A DNA stretch of 62,817 nt from Carcharhinus longimanus (Eukaryota): NCBI GenBank assembly GCA_030264375.1, contig JASCQW010000105.1, positions 49,203,732-49,266,548 of the forward strand, written 5' to 3'. The position numbers and the translations under genes were made by a program. Shown in pieces: positions 38,986 through 52,199 of this stretch (position 1 is the stretch's first letter; each line of letters begins with the position of its first letter). The notes under the pieces were generated by a model that saw nothing but the letters and a program-made list of their open reading frames with translations, had not been told where the DNA came from and searched no databases.

Positions 38986-39165
38986 GAAGATAAGCACAAT
39001 TGAAATGGCACCTCCATCCTGCTCTGCATCCCAACTCACTCTGTCCTATCATGTGTAATCCATCACTTACACCCAAAAACACTTTTCGCTTCAAGGCATT
39101 TCCACACATCCCCTCAGATCCAACCATCATTGCCATTCATCCCAATATTCAGATGATGTGATATA

Positions 39166-39470
39166 GGGTGGCAAGGTGGCACAAAGGTTAGCACTGCTGC
39201 CTCACAGCATCAGGGACTTGGGTTCGATTCCCAGTTTGGGTCATTGTTTGTGTGGAGTCTGTATGTTGTCATTGTGTCTACGTGGGTTTCGTCTGGGTTT
39301 CCTCCCATGGTCCAAAAAATGTGCTGTTTCGATGTATTAGCCATGCTAAATTCTTCCTCAGTGTACCTGGACAGGCACTTAGGAGAGGCACGAGGGAATT
39401 TTCACAGTAACTTCATTGCATTAATATAAGTGTACTTGTGACACTAATAAATGAAATTTAAATTTAAACT
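39166..39470 (+). mobile_element. V-SINE with HE1 head and alternative 3' tail
   Basis: Same subfamily as 24177-24482; ends TACTTGTGACACTAATAAA. Confidence 0.8.
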
Positions 39471-41002
39471 TTTATATCACCTCATTCAGCTCACTGAATT
39501 CTCAGTACACATCCTCAGGAGACACTGTCAAATGTCTCCTCAAACGTATGCCTGTGCTACTTGTGATGCAGCTATCTGAAAGTCACCCTCACCAAATGCA
39601 CCACTTGCCATACAAGATCTTAGATCTGTTGTGACCCCTTGCAGGAAAAGAGAGTGCAAAATGCAAGAGAGAGAGAGAGCATTGAAGGTACCAAGGTTCA
39701 GAGTTCACTTCTGCCTACAATCGACATTGCATAAACGAATAAGTCATGCTGACTTGATTTCAGAACTGAATGAAATTTGATCACATTAATCATGTGATAT
39801 TTCCACGACTAAATCATCTCTATTCCTCTTCTCCTCCAGGGCCAACATGTGAACAACAGCTTGTTCCCTTGGTGGATGGTGTTCCTCAGAGAAGCTGCTT
39901 CCATCGGAATATACATCACCACATGACAAAATCTTACAGCTACCAACTCCAATACAGGCACTTGGCTGGATTTTGGTAAGAGAGTTTTATGGGATCTCAG
40001 GTGGTGAATGACAGTTCATAAATGAGAATGAACAGAGAGTGGCAGTAAGGACAGATATGGAGAGTTGTAGAGTGAACGGTCTTCCAAACTCTGCTCAGCT
40101 GGACAGAGATGCTGACCCGCAGGGGCCACCAATGTAAAGGAGAATGATTGAGGCTGAGCGATAAATGTGCAATGCATTGAAAGAGCTTTCAGGCAAAATT
40201 TGCACCGTAGCACAAAGGAAGGAGGAGTCCTTGTGAATTGATGTTGCAGGCCATTGCAAAGCTAGCTTCCATGGGTAGAGAGACCTTCTCCATGGATCTT
40301 GAATTGTTGCACTCTAATCAATCTGTGCATCCCCTAAACAGCAGACATGTAAATTATGGATGCTAATATTCCTATCATTTTAAACAGAATGACGGACGTG
40401 ATGGCTTGATAAGGTGTCACTAAATGCCCCCAGCTACTGTTCCACAGAGAGGTAAGAGGGATATACCTCTGTCCCAAGAGAGGGATGGTGGTGAAAGGGA
40501 ACATGGACGTAAAAATTTCATTCAATGTATTTCGACAATTCAGCCATCATTTTTCTTCAGCCAATATCCAGCAAGCTGCCTCCTCTCCCAATTTCCAATC
40601 TGATCCATGACAGATGCAAGTGGATCAGTCTTTGGCAGAGGACTCACAGGCTCCAACATCCAGAGATTGTTGGCCGTGTACAACTCAGGAATGACAGCAG
40701 GGATCAGTGTGTCCAGCCTCTACTTCTGCTGAAGCTGAAGAGCATGTAAATGGGGGAGAGAAACAAAGGGAAAAGCTTTGTAGCTTACTGAGGTTATTTA
40801 CATTGGGTACATCTTAAGTTTATTAATTTTGTTTATTTAGTCACATAACATTCATTACTTTGTGTCACTTTTGCCATTCACTGTTCTTGGAGGGTATGGA
40901 CTCAAGTTGACTGGTGATGAATGTGAAAACATGGATTGACAGAGACCAAAAGGTTCATGTGCAATGGATGGGTGATTGGTTACAGGATTATTTTGCATCA
41001 GT

Positions 41003-41178
41003 GGGTGACACAGTGGCACAGTGCTGAGCACTGTTGCCTCACAGCGCCAGGGACCCGGGTTCAATTCCTGGCTTGGGTCACTGTGTGTTTGGAGTTTGCA
41101 CATTCTTCCCGTGGCTGCATGGGTTTCCTCCAGATGTTCCAGTTTCCTCCCACGGTCCAAAGATGAGCATGTTAGGTT
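41003..41178 (+). mobile_element. HE1-type V-SINE 5' half
   Basis: GTGGCACAGTG..GCACTGTTGCCTCACAGCGCCAGGGACCCGGGTTCAATTCC. Confidence 0.85.
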
Positions 41179-41509
41179 TTACTTCACAGGTGATTCAGTC
41201 CGCCAAGTGGCATACACGCGGTGGGTCGTGCAATGGCTGCTCTTGGATGTTGCTTCGAGAGTTGCCCAGTGCTTCACGTCGTTAGTGTATGCTTAAACTG
41301 GACCACCTGACCGGCAACATGACAGCTCAGTGACTATCACTGTTTGCTGTGCAGATACATGGATTTGGGCTGGTGTCTGCNNNNNNNNNNNNNNNNNNNN
41401 NNNNNNNNNNNNNNNNNNNNNNNNNNNNNNNNNNNNNNNNNNNNNNNNNNNNNNNNNNNNNNNNNNNNNNNNNNNNNNNNGCTGTGCAGATACATGGATT
41501 TGGGCTGGT

Positions 41510-41920
41510 GTCTGCGGGAGTTTGCACATTCTCCCCGTGATTGCGTGGGTTTTCTCTAGGTGCTCCGATTTCTTCCCACATCCAAAAAAACGTGCTCTTA
41601 GGCTGATTGGTGTAACAAATTGCCCCTAAATTAGTCTCCCCTCAATCTTCACCAATAGGTGTAGACATAGGTATGGGTAGAGGAAGGCACTCATAATGTT
41701 AAAATGGCGGCGTGGGCTCGTTGGGCTGAAGGGCCTGTTTCCCATGCTGTGTTGTTCTTTGTTCTTTGTTCTTTGATACGCCATATAAAATTGATCTTAG
41801 TGTCGGGGGGTAGCAGGGTAAATATGTGGAGTTGTGGGAATAGAGCCTGGGTGGGATTCTGGTCAGTGTGGACTCGATGGGCTGAATGGTCTCCTCCTGC
41901 ACTGTGGGGATTCCATGAAC
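41510..41920 (+). mobile_element. Composite of V-SINE fragments and CR1-type tails
   Basis: GGAGTTTGCACATTCTCCCCGTG V-domain; tails GGGCTGAAGGGCCTGTT..(GTTCTTT)n and GGCTGAATGG..GCACTGTGGGG. Confidence 0.7.
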
Positions 41921-42214
41921 ATCCTATGGTGATTCTAAGTGAGGCTGGTGGGAATGAAGTGGTGGGTGTACAATAATTATTTTGATCCATCATGAGTAAC
42001 TAAATGAATTATATAGCTATTATGATATCCCTGGTATCCCAAGCAGCAATTTATTGGGGTTGCATTTTCACCTTCCATTTCAGCATTCTTCTCTCTATTG
42101 AAAATCTGCTCAGTTGAAGAGTACTGAGTAACCTATTTTTTCCTGTATTTGTATTTCTCAATACTACACTATCATGTGCAGAACACAGCACCATGATTAT
42201 TAATTATCCTAGGG

Positions 42215-42400
42215 ATCCTTGCTGGATTATCTACGAAACACACCTTGAGAATACTGGTGGCTTGCTTAGTGGTGGTCATATGTCTCTCGACACAATTTCC
42301 TTGATGTTTATTGCTGGAGTTCCTCAGAGATGTCAGCAGTCAGGTTGTCCATGGGTATCCTTCATCTCCTAGTAATAACCACTTAATCCTGGTTTCCCCT
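42215..42400 (-). pseudogene. PIF/Harbinger transposase C-terminal relic
   Basis: Minus strand WLLLGDEGYPWTT*LLTSLRN...ILKVCF matches GDKGYP..WLxTP..LKxRF. Confidence 0.65.
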
Positions 42401-43744
42401 TTCATGCTGGCTCCATGGAACTTCTGTGGGGTAAAAACAGCCAAGAAAAAGTGCTCTAGCTTGACAAACTAAAATGGTGATCTACAGAGTTGCACCAGAT
42501 TGCTTTTAGAGGTCAGGGAGAAATTTCACAGAACATTATACTCACAAAGGTTTATTTGTGAACAGTAAGTCTCCTTCGGGAGATTTGTAGGGCATGACAG
42601 ACAAATTGTAAAGGGACTATGGAAGGAACATGCTTTATTAGCTTCTCACCATTCCATCCCTTCTTAAGTTCACAACAATTTCATGTTTCCACAACAAATT
42701 CTTTGGATGAGCACTGCCACGATTGAAAGGAACTGCAATTAAGGCTGAAATAGCACAACCTGAAAGAAGTGTCTTTTTGATTTGTGCGCATATAGCATTA
42801 TGGCTCCTTTTCGTTTTTCTTACTGTTGAATTATCTTACATGAAAGCAGTAGAATCTTTCAAGCACATAAGCTCTTTCTTTCTTTCGGAATGAGCAGAAG
42901 AGTATTAGAAAATATAATAGGAGGGTAATAGTCCCTTAAATATTGGCATTGTGTGCAGTCATTCTTCAATAATTCTGCTCTCTGAAATGGAAATTTCAGC
43001 ATCTGAGTCTGGTGGAAGCCAAGTTATCAGCCAAATAAAATATCAAAATTATGTTGCTTAACCACATGGTACAATATTTCTGTGTCAACTTATCACTTGT
43101 GCTCAACGTTCAAATTAAGTTTTCTGATTTTTAATTACTTCTGGAATTCAAACAGATAACATTAAAGCCGTGCATTTGTAATGCATTACAACTCTGCACC
43201 TGAGATGATGCCTTGAGGTCATTAGCAACTTCAGAAAATATTGGAATTGTCAAGGATTAGCCATGGAAGTGACAGTAAGATAGTAACAAATTATATTAAA
43301 ACAGTTCTGATTATTTTGATAATTTTATGTATTAGGGAACACAGTGGAAATCAAGCTTCATATCAAAATGCGGAGTTGGGGAGGACGGGAGCAACTACAA
43401 TAAATTGGGAAAATCCAATATATTGAAAACTCTCTAGCCTGGAACTCTACCTTTTGGTTATACCAGTTGTCTGGAATTTATTTGAGGAGGTCTAAGTAAA
43501 TCATGGACTCGTCACTTGATTGTTTGTGTGTTGCAACAGATTGAAAAGGCACAGGCTCACCTGATCTATGGAATCACGGGACATCATAAGCTGAGTTGCT
43601 CTGTAAACTCACACTAGGTTTTCCTGCACTGTACGGTAACCCTCCATCACCTATCATTGTTTACACTCAGTTTATTTGCTGTGATACCTTTGAGCAGGCA
43701 CAAACATTCCCTGGCTACAGATATCTTTCATTTTTAAACCGTCA

Positions 43745-44730
43745 ACATGGTGTGTAAGAAAACAGCAGCAAAATATGAACATGTTATTGTTTACAATATT
43801 GGAAAATGTAGAAATGATAAAGAAAGTAGGTAAGAGTGCTTCAGTGAAAAGATTTTGTGAGGTATATTGTGTGGGTGTCTCAACAGTTTATAACATCAAG
43901 AAGCAGCATGAAAAAACTATTCAAATTATCTACTAAAAGTGACATTGTTAAAGGAATTAGTAAGGATACGACACAGTATAGGGTTAAGTCTTGATAATAT
44001 GCTGTGTGAATGGTTCTGGCAACACTGTCGTGAGGTAATCCTGATGCGTAGGGCAATGCTTATGGAAAAGGCCAATTAATTTCATACTGATTTGCGAATG
44101 AGTTCTCTGTTTGAGCACTCTGAAGGTTGGCTATAAAAGTTTAAATATAAGCTTGGGATTAATTTCGAAGCTGCCATTTAAAGGCTGCTAGTGTGCAAAC
44201 TTCTGTTAATAGAGCGGTTACAAACTGGTATGAACTGAATTTGTAAAGTTAATGGAGGATAAGCAACTTAGTCTTGAACAGACATACAATATGAACAAGA
44301 AGGGTATTTTTCTGGAGGTATTTGCCACACATACGCTTGCTGGTGCAGAGGAGAGATTGGTGCGTAGTTGGAAAGAATCAAAATAAGGTGACCGTGCTCA
44401 CATTTGCAAATGATGCTGGATCACAGAAGTGTAAACTCTTGGTTATTGATAAAAGTGCAAAGTCTCATGGTTTTCAAAGGCTTTGCAAGGTCACTAAATA
44501 TATGCGAGTCATCCTGGACTTCACAAGCAATTTNNNNNNNNNNNNNNNNNNCCCTCAGTTCGTGCACACTGTTGTAAATTGGGATTGGTTGGGGATTGCA
44601 AAATTGTGCTTCCTTTGGACAATTGTTCAGCTCACCACACCCCTCCCCCACCCCTCTCCACTTCCATCGAACAAGTAGATGCTGACAATGAATTCTCTAC
44701 ATATTTATCCCTCCTATTGCACATTTCAAT
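43745..44730 (+). pseudogene. Tigger/pogo (CENP-B/Jerky-like) transposase relic
   Basis: HTH: VEMIKKV..SVKRFCEVYCVGVSTVYNIKKQ; LDNMLCEWF..SEGWL; DDE_1 region EQTYNMNKKGIF, VTVLTFANDAGSQKCKLLVIDKSAK, LDNCSAH. Confidence 0.82.
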
Positions 44731-44838
44731 TCAGGCCAGAGAATTGTTGCATCATTAAAATGCCACAGCAGAAACAGATTTTTGCTCCGGTACTAGTCAT
44801 TTCAATTCTTTTAGAAGGCTTTCATTGTCAAAGATGTT

Positions 44839-44974
44839 GGCTGGAATTTTCCAGTCTGGTACACCATGCTACTGCTACCAACGGGAACAGAAAATTTGGT
44901 GCACAGTCAAATCTCCATTCACAGCAGCAGGACTGGAGAATTATAGCCACAAGCGAGACTGGAGAATTCCAACC
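44839..44974 (+). mobile_element. MITE with 14-bp imperfect TIRs
   Basis: GGCTGGAATTTTCC ... GGAGAATTCCAACC. Confidence 0.7.
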
Positions 44975-45021
44975 ATTATTTGGAGTACAGCAAATACACG
45001 TGTCAGTTTCACGGTGAGAAC

Positions 45022-46189
45022 TGTTGCAAAGTTGAGTTTATGAAGTGGGGATTTGATGTTGATAAAGATGTAAAAATTGCTGGAGGGGAAAAGACCTTGC
45101 AGGACCCCTTTAAAAGCTGGTGTTTGTTTTAGTGCTTAGAGGTTTAAAATACAAAGTACACACAGAGTCAAAGCTGAAACATTTGTATCAAAAAGTCAAG
45201 CAATAACCTTAACAAGACAACCTGTTTTTTTCAAATTTTGCCCAATCAATTTAAAGCAGGCACTCAGGGTCTTTCGGGTCAAACCAAGTAGACAATCTCA
45301 AATTACATTAGGACAAAGTAAAAGGGGCGGCTCCCCAAAAGGAAGGGGAACAGCCCGAACAAAAACAAAAATACAAAGGAAACTTAAGACACATCAAATC
45401 AAAATGTGATCGTCGGGGCCTATAATGCACCTCAGCCCCTGCGGTGCCCAGCGGGCACGGAAGGCGTCAACTGTGCCCGCGGACACCGCATGCTCCCTCT
45501 CCAGGGACACCTGGCCGCGAACGTAACCGCAGTAGAGGGGCAGACAGTCAGGATGGACAGCCCCCCCGATCGCCCGCTGCCTGGACCTACTGATGGCGCA
45601 TCTGGCCAGGCCCAGGAGTAGGTTCACGAGGAGGTCGGCATCCCTCCCCTCCCCTCTCCGCACCAGGAGTCCGTAGATTAGGAACGTGGGACTAAAGTGC
45701 AAACAAAACGTCAATAAAAGGTGTCTGAGAAAAAAGCAGGCACTCAGGAACTGTCAGCTTCAGATATCTCTTAAGAGAATGTACCATCTAACCAGTGAAA
45801 GGTACCAAATCAGAAAGAGCTTACAGAGAAATCACCCAAGAAAATCCAGAAGGTTCCAAATGATACAAAACCTAATTGTAAATTTTTTGAGAGTGACTAA
45901 ATTCTATTTTTTTGTTTATGGATGGGCATTGCATTTATTTGAACAACATTCCAGTAGAATCTTATTTTATTCTGTATGTTACTTGTTTAGTTAAAGTCCC
46001 CTATTAGTTAAATCAATAAATTGTTAAGTGTTCATTTTAAAGTGAGTGTCAGGTATTTCAGTTAGTTAACCAGTAGACATTACTGAAGAACAGTCCACGC
46101 ACACTTTTAACAGATTACGAGGTGAGGTATCCCTCTTTAGGGGACTCAGCGTTACCTCTCAAAAGGGGGATAACCTCCGCAGTGTAACA
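45022..46189 (+). mobile_element. Solo LTR (Gypsy-type), 4-bp TSD
   Basis: Starts TGTTGCA, ends TGTAACA; GAAC at 45018-45021 and 46190-46193; AATAAA near 46015. Confidence 0.65.
45269..45732 (-). mobile_element. CpG-rich 5'-truncated Tx1-clade LINE 3' end, 16-bp TSD
   Basis: Open frame FSPTFLIYG...DLLVNLLLGLARCAISRSRQ; AAAGCAGGCACTCAGG at 45253-45268 and 45733-45748. Confidence 0.85.
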
Positions 46190-46286
46190 GAACCTTGCAA
46201 CATGCATGGCATAAATTGTCCCTTGTTACTAAGTTTAATAATGAGGGCATGGGAAACCCAGGGAAAGGAATTTCAAAAAGCAAGAT

Positions 46287-47128
46287 TGTAATCCTGCGAG
46301 GTGGACCATTATTGAACCTGTCTGAGTGGGAGTGACTTTTGAAAATAATTACAAGGTGAGATTTTCAAATGTGGGGATTGTAAAACCTTGTGAGAAAGAT
46401 AAAGTTTCAGTGACATTGGCTGGCTCACAACATGACAAACATCTGGGTGAGTTGTTAAGACATCCATGAAATCTGTGTTGGTTACACCTGTCATTTATTG
46501 AGAAATGGTCTGTGCATGTCAGAGAGAGAAGAAAATGATTTTAAGATCTCTGAGAATAAAAAATACAAGGCTCTTGCAATATAATTAGATGAATAATCAA
46601 TTGGAAGATTCAATTAAGTGATCAGTTTCACCAAGGTGCTACTGGAAGACTGAGTTTAAGGATCTCACTTGTTTGCTCTGCAGTTAAATAAACAGGTTCT
46701 GAATATCTCTGGGAGAAATATGTGTCGAGTGAGGAGCATCAAGTGAATGCTCAGGAAACTTACCAGAACAAAGCCATTTGCAGCTGTGCCAGTCCCAAGC
46801 GAGAAGACTTACATGTCAGGCTAGTGGTAACTCTGCACTTGTTTATGTGTCTGTAAAAGTATTGCTGGGGTAAAGAAATAGTCAGAATTTGAATCACCTT
46901 CATGTGTTTGTATATCGATCTTTCCAACCTTTTTGTCTGGTACGATAGCGTTCATTTCTCTTGTTTAAAAAATATTTGACTCTTTCTATTAAATGTTCAC
47001 CAGCAGGCTCCTATGAATTTGTTCAGTAACTTTCCTCCATGGTTTCTAAAATCAAGTCAATTTCTATCAAGCCAGGTTTCACTCCGGAATGTGACTTGTC
47101 TAGTATTAACAGCAGCTGGGATCATAAT
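46287..47128 (+). mobile_element. Possible second solo LTR
   Basis: TGTAA start, GGGATCATAATA end resembling Gypsy U5 ends, ATTAAA upstream; no TSD found. Confidence 0.35.
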
Positions 47129-47569
47129 AGCTACATTGACAATTTAAAGTGAAAATTACCTCTTTATCTGAAGTATTATTTGCTTGTTAGTTTTTAATGT
47201 AAAAGCATTAAAAAGTGAAATATTTCCTTTGATTAGTTCCATTGATATTGTAGGGATTCGTTATTTGTGTTCCTGGGGGTCGTCTTTCTTATGGTTCTTA
47301 CTACATGCATATTGTGTATATGCATGCTGTGTACAGGTGCATGGGTTGCCAACCAAAGTCATGAACCATGCAGTCAGCAGAGTGTCTTTGTTACCAAGTC
47401 TCCACCCTTTGGTTTCCTGTGGTGGCTGAAATACAGCTGACACAGCAGATGGCCACAGAATAAAGGCATCATGACTGCTGTCAGGATAGCAGACATTAAA
47501 CTGCATGGTGTGCTACCTATCACTATACATCAATTACACATTGAGGGAATGGAATCATCTTTGTTTCCA

Positions 47570-47812
47570 GCATGTGGTTGGATTGACAAGGATGACTAAT
47601 TCTCTTCTACAGAAAACAGGGGAGGCAGAGTCATTGAATATATTCAAGGCTGAGCAAGAGAGATTTTTGATCAACGAGGGGATTAAAAGCTATGGGGTAC
47701 AGGCAGGAAAGCGGAGTGGAGGCCACAATCAGTTCAGCCATGATCTTATCAAATGCAGGTTTGATGGGCTGGATGGCCTACTCCTGCTTCTATTTCTCAT
47801 GATCCCATGATC
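47570..47812 (+). mobile_element. CR1 LINE 3' end
   Basis: EAESLNIFKAEQERFL..GIKSYG; GATGGCCTACTCCTGCTTCTATTTC tail. Confidence 0.8.
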
Positions 47813-48889
47813 TGATGTAAAGGATATGGAAGGTTCAACTCTATTACACCTACTTCATACCCTTTGTCCACCCACCAACCACTGTCCCCTCACCGCTCAG
47901 CCCCCACTCTCAGCCAGAAGCTGAAATGCAGCCTCTTCTCTCAATAGCACAGATCCAGATGGTGTGCACTCATTAACAAGTTTTGAAATCTGGATGGTGC
48001 TGTCCAATATCATCTCAGCAGTTAGGGCAAAACTCGACACAGGTTACCTGTATTTTGCTCAAGCCACAGGAGCTGCACCATGTAGGAATGGTAGGAGAAA
48101 GAAGAGGAAAGTCTTGTATTTACATCAGGGTATGCATAGATGTCTTGGAGAAAACATAGTAACTTGCCTTCTTGGTTTTTTGTTTCTAAATCTGAAGACG
48201 TGAATTGATGGACACTAGTAGGGTATGCGCCATGGATGATTGGGACAGCTTTGTGAGAGTGAGATTTGGAGAAGAGATGGTTGTTACATGGGTTGAATGA
48301 TGGTAGCTGACTGAAGCGTACCATTATGACGAAACCTTTGGGCATCCCAGGCAGCAGAGTAAGTGGCTGGTGCTACGTTGGGGTGGCCATTCTCTTCTTC
48401 CTTTCCTTTCATGAATTCCTCTTCCTTATTCTTAACTGATAGAAATCAAATATCACTAGTAGCCAGTGGAATGTCCACATTACACCATAAATAGGAAATG
48501 CAGTATCAGATTATAACAGTTAAAGAGAGTAAAATGTAGGACAAAATAAAGAAATGGAACCAATGTGTCAAGCCAAAGTATTGCATCTAATAAAGACACC
48601 TGGACACAAATTTAGCTCAGTGGCTGGGTTTCTATCTTAACACCTACCTTGCAATCCATTGTCTTGACCTGGAAAATATCATAGAAGCTTAAATGTTCTC
48701 CACTATACAATTTATGGTGACAAAGCAGAAACAGAATGATTCTTGTATATGTGAGAAAGGGTTGCTATTGACTTAGTGAAAAAAACTGAGTAGCAAGTAT
48801 AACACAAAAGGGTGTGATTGATTTGTCTAAATCTGTTGTTCTGCAACTACATAATTGGAACAAAGAAGTTCAATATTTGTAGGAACTAT

Positions 48890-48964
48890 GATGTATGTAT
48901 ATGTATTTTTATATATATATATCTATATATATATATAGATATATATGTATACGTATAATTATAT
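48890..48964. repeat. Imperfect (TA)n microsatellite
   Basis: TATA run with interruptions. Confidence 0.85.
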
Positions 48965-50479
48965 TGGAGTTTGGACAGCCCCTTTAAGAGTAAGGGTCAG
49001 GTGAACTCTGCGCTATTAGCTCTGCCCAGGGTGATATCCTATGGATAAACCTGACTCTGTGCAAATCTTCAATAAACAGCTCCCACTATTGAAATATTCA
49101 AGCTTTCCTCATGATTCTTTATGCTCTTTAGTCCACCCAGGGCATACATAATAGGAACAAAAGCTGGTTGGCACAATGGAAATACGTCAGCTCCAATAAT
49201 ATATGTTTAATAGTTTTTATTTGATGAAATTATGTCAATATCATGTGCACCAAATTCAGTTAATCTTATTTGGTTTCAAATTATTTTAATATATAAACAC
49301 ACAGATTGGCGGAGAACCAGTAAAAAAAAAATGTACTGCATTCATTCCCCTTCTGTGTCACAATAGCAAGAAAGACAAAATGTAAATGGATTGTAATATA
49401 TTTTAATAGAAAAATGTCCCTCTGTGCACACACACAACTCCATTGTCTCTGGCCTGTTATTAGTTTCCCACAATTGTCACAGCTGGTGAGCAATGACTGC
49501 AGTTTGAGTGTTGTGCAGCAAGATGAAGAGGGGATTGCAAACGGAACTGAAGGATCAAATTCAAGAAGAAAGGTATTGAAGGATTAACTAAATGTTTTTT
49601 AGAGCAATACAAAGAGCATTGGGAAATTCTTTTGGAATTTAAAGTGTATGCAGCCATTGAAAATGTGAACATTGAAATTATAGAAATGTGTCTGTAAGTG
49701 GGTGATACACAGAAGGTGGAATTAGAATTGTTTCATGCTGATAGACCTTGGAAATTACATGGAAAATGTTATCTGAATTGTAAATTGAAGTTTCCTTTTG
49801 TTCCTATCAATCTACGATTTTGAAACTCAATTTTAATTCTTCTCAAAGTATTGGTTCCTGTTGTGAGGTAAATTCGGTAATGCTGTACTGTTAGTGTGGA
49901 GCCTCACTAGATGAAACCATGAGTTGTAGACGTGTCTCTTATCACTGTTGTGATAATTCCATTGCCTGAGTTCCCAAGGCTCTGTGCAGTGACTACTGCA
50001 TCACTGAATTAACTCTGTGGTTAGTGGACAGCAGTACTTGATGCTTCAGGCACCTCATGTAGATAACCATACTTTATATGTGAGTTTAGACCTCAATGCT
50101 CCTATATCTTATGGGTCTTATGTCAGCTGACATTTGTCTATGAAGGCCTCCACATCAAATCCATATCCAATGGAGTCTTGATCAAATGGTGCATTTGTAA
50201 TTGGTCAAACTGCACATCAAACGTTTCAACCATATCTGATTGCTGAGAGGTAGGGAATGTACTGAAATGCTGGAGCCTCCACTATCTATTGTGACAGAGA
50301 AATTCACTGCTTCTATCATTCAGCTACAGAGGCTAATGTTGATTCCACAGGGGTAACCAGCATCTGCCCTTATATCATTGAAGAATGCCATGTGGACACT
50401 GTGGGTAGCTGCCTGCAGGGCTGTCTGCTCTGGAGAACCAATATACATCTACATAGCACCAGCATAAGTGCAACTCTGA

Positions 50480-50535
50480 TGGCACAGTGGCACAGTGGTT
50501 AGCACTGCTGCTTCACGTGACCAGGGACCCAGGTT
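50480..50535 (+). mobile_element. HE1 SINE tRNA-derived head only
   Basis: GGCACAGTGGCACAGTGGTTAGCACTGCTGC...GGTTTGATTC. Confidence 0.75.
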
Positions 50536-52199
50536 TGATTCTCAGCTTGGGTCACAAAACAAATATATGGAAGAAAGTTGACTCAAGGAAGTCAAAAAGC
50601 CTGCAGTGTTCTGGATTTATTTCCGTCCCACTGGTGTTTTTGTATCAAGAGTGAAGGATCTTGATTACCCTTTCACTGGTTTGAAGGAATTGTCAATGAT
50701 TGGGCTAATGCATTTTGTTCGTACCTGAGTTACATTTGCCACTGGCTTAGCACTGTTCTTTGTGAAATCATCTCTGTAATTAGACATTACCCGGGATAAC
50801 ACATGCCAATGTTTGGGACTAGGTGACTCAGTGTTGTAAATGTGAGGAAAGCTTTTTGTGATATTCTTAAGGAACGTAGCTTTGCTCCCAATAATTAAAC
50901 ATGAAACTGGACAGGATATGGGGTGGCGAGAAGCAGAATTAGAAAGAGAAGCTGTGAAGGGCACAGCAGTAGAAGATAGATAGTTGAAGAGAGGTAACAA
51001 GTATTAATTATGAAAATATATGAAACATTGAGACAGCATTATCTACAAATTGTACAGTAAAGTAGCAAATAATAATAGGTAAGACAGTTTTCCTAATATC
51101 TGTGCGGTTTCTCTATTCACTTCAATATAGAAGATAATATTAGCAGCATTTCTACTGTAGCTCTGAACCGAGATTGGTTCGTTCATCCCCAGCGTGAATG
51201 TGAACAATTATTCAATGATTCTGACTCCCCCTTGTCAGCCCCAAGATTTGTTGCTGCTGTAGCTAAGACTTGCTACATTTTTGCAGTGTATTCACATCCC
51301 ATTCATTGCATTTAATGAGGCACTATCATTTATTTCACCATTACTAATGTTCATGTTCTGAAGCTTGTTTCGAAATCCATTCGATCGATGACAGAACGTG
51401 CCCCTTGTGTCTCTTCTCAATGTGCGGCATCATGCATTATTAAACAAACAACTTCATTTGATCGCATTTGGAAATTTGTACGCTCTGCAAACTGTAGATA
51501 TATTTTCTACAACTTTACTGGATTAGTGAAGTAATAGGTATTTTCAAACAAAGCATGAAAAAATTGGTTCTGTAGTGTTGCTGCAGCTGGCACTAGTAAA
51601 GTCAGAATCTCTGGAGTGGGGAGCGCAGTGCTTATAGTTGCTTGTGGCAGGCTTGTGAAGGGTGCTCATGTGGAGCGCTGTGTGTGCACCAGAATTTTTC
51701 CAACTAGCCAGATAGTGTCATGAAATAGCCCTTATGTCACTCACTGACAAATATGCTTTTTGTTGCAGAGGGAGTCCCCACTGGCGTTATTTAAACAGCT
51801 AGGCATCCAATTTGCAGGTGAGGTGACTTACACTAACTATTGCTCTTGCAAAATTTGTGGAAGTATCATGGGGCATTTTTAGGGGTGCTGTGGTGAGTTA
51901 CTAGATTTTACACCTGGAAAGCAGAAGAGTAGAAAGAGTAGCAGAAGCTGCAAGAGGCATGGGAGTTGCAACCGCAATGCCTCTCGGACAATGGGAGCTG
52001 GAGCAGTGGCTGCAGAGAGAGCAAGCTTTGTGCTTTGGGGAATGGAAGAGATTAAGACAGTTCATCACTCCAGATGAGCTGTCCATCAGCAACTTAGTTC
52101 CCATCAGACGGATCCTTTCACTACCATTCCTCGCCACTATGCTCTCAAAGCCAAGGGACAAGCCTTTCTAATGGCACTCACATCCCACAAAAGAATGAA

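Noticed and set aside
41346-41515. 35-bp direct repeat GCTGTGCAGATACATGGATTTGGGCTGGTGTCTGC around a gap (CRISPR- or TSD-like)
   Set aside because: It flanks a 100-N gap, so it is an assembly overlap or a collapsed tandem repeat; there are no spacers and the context is eukaryotic.
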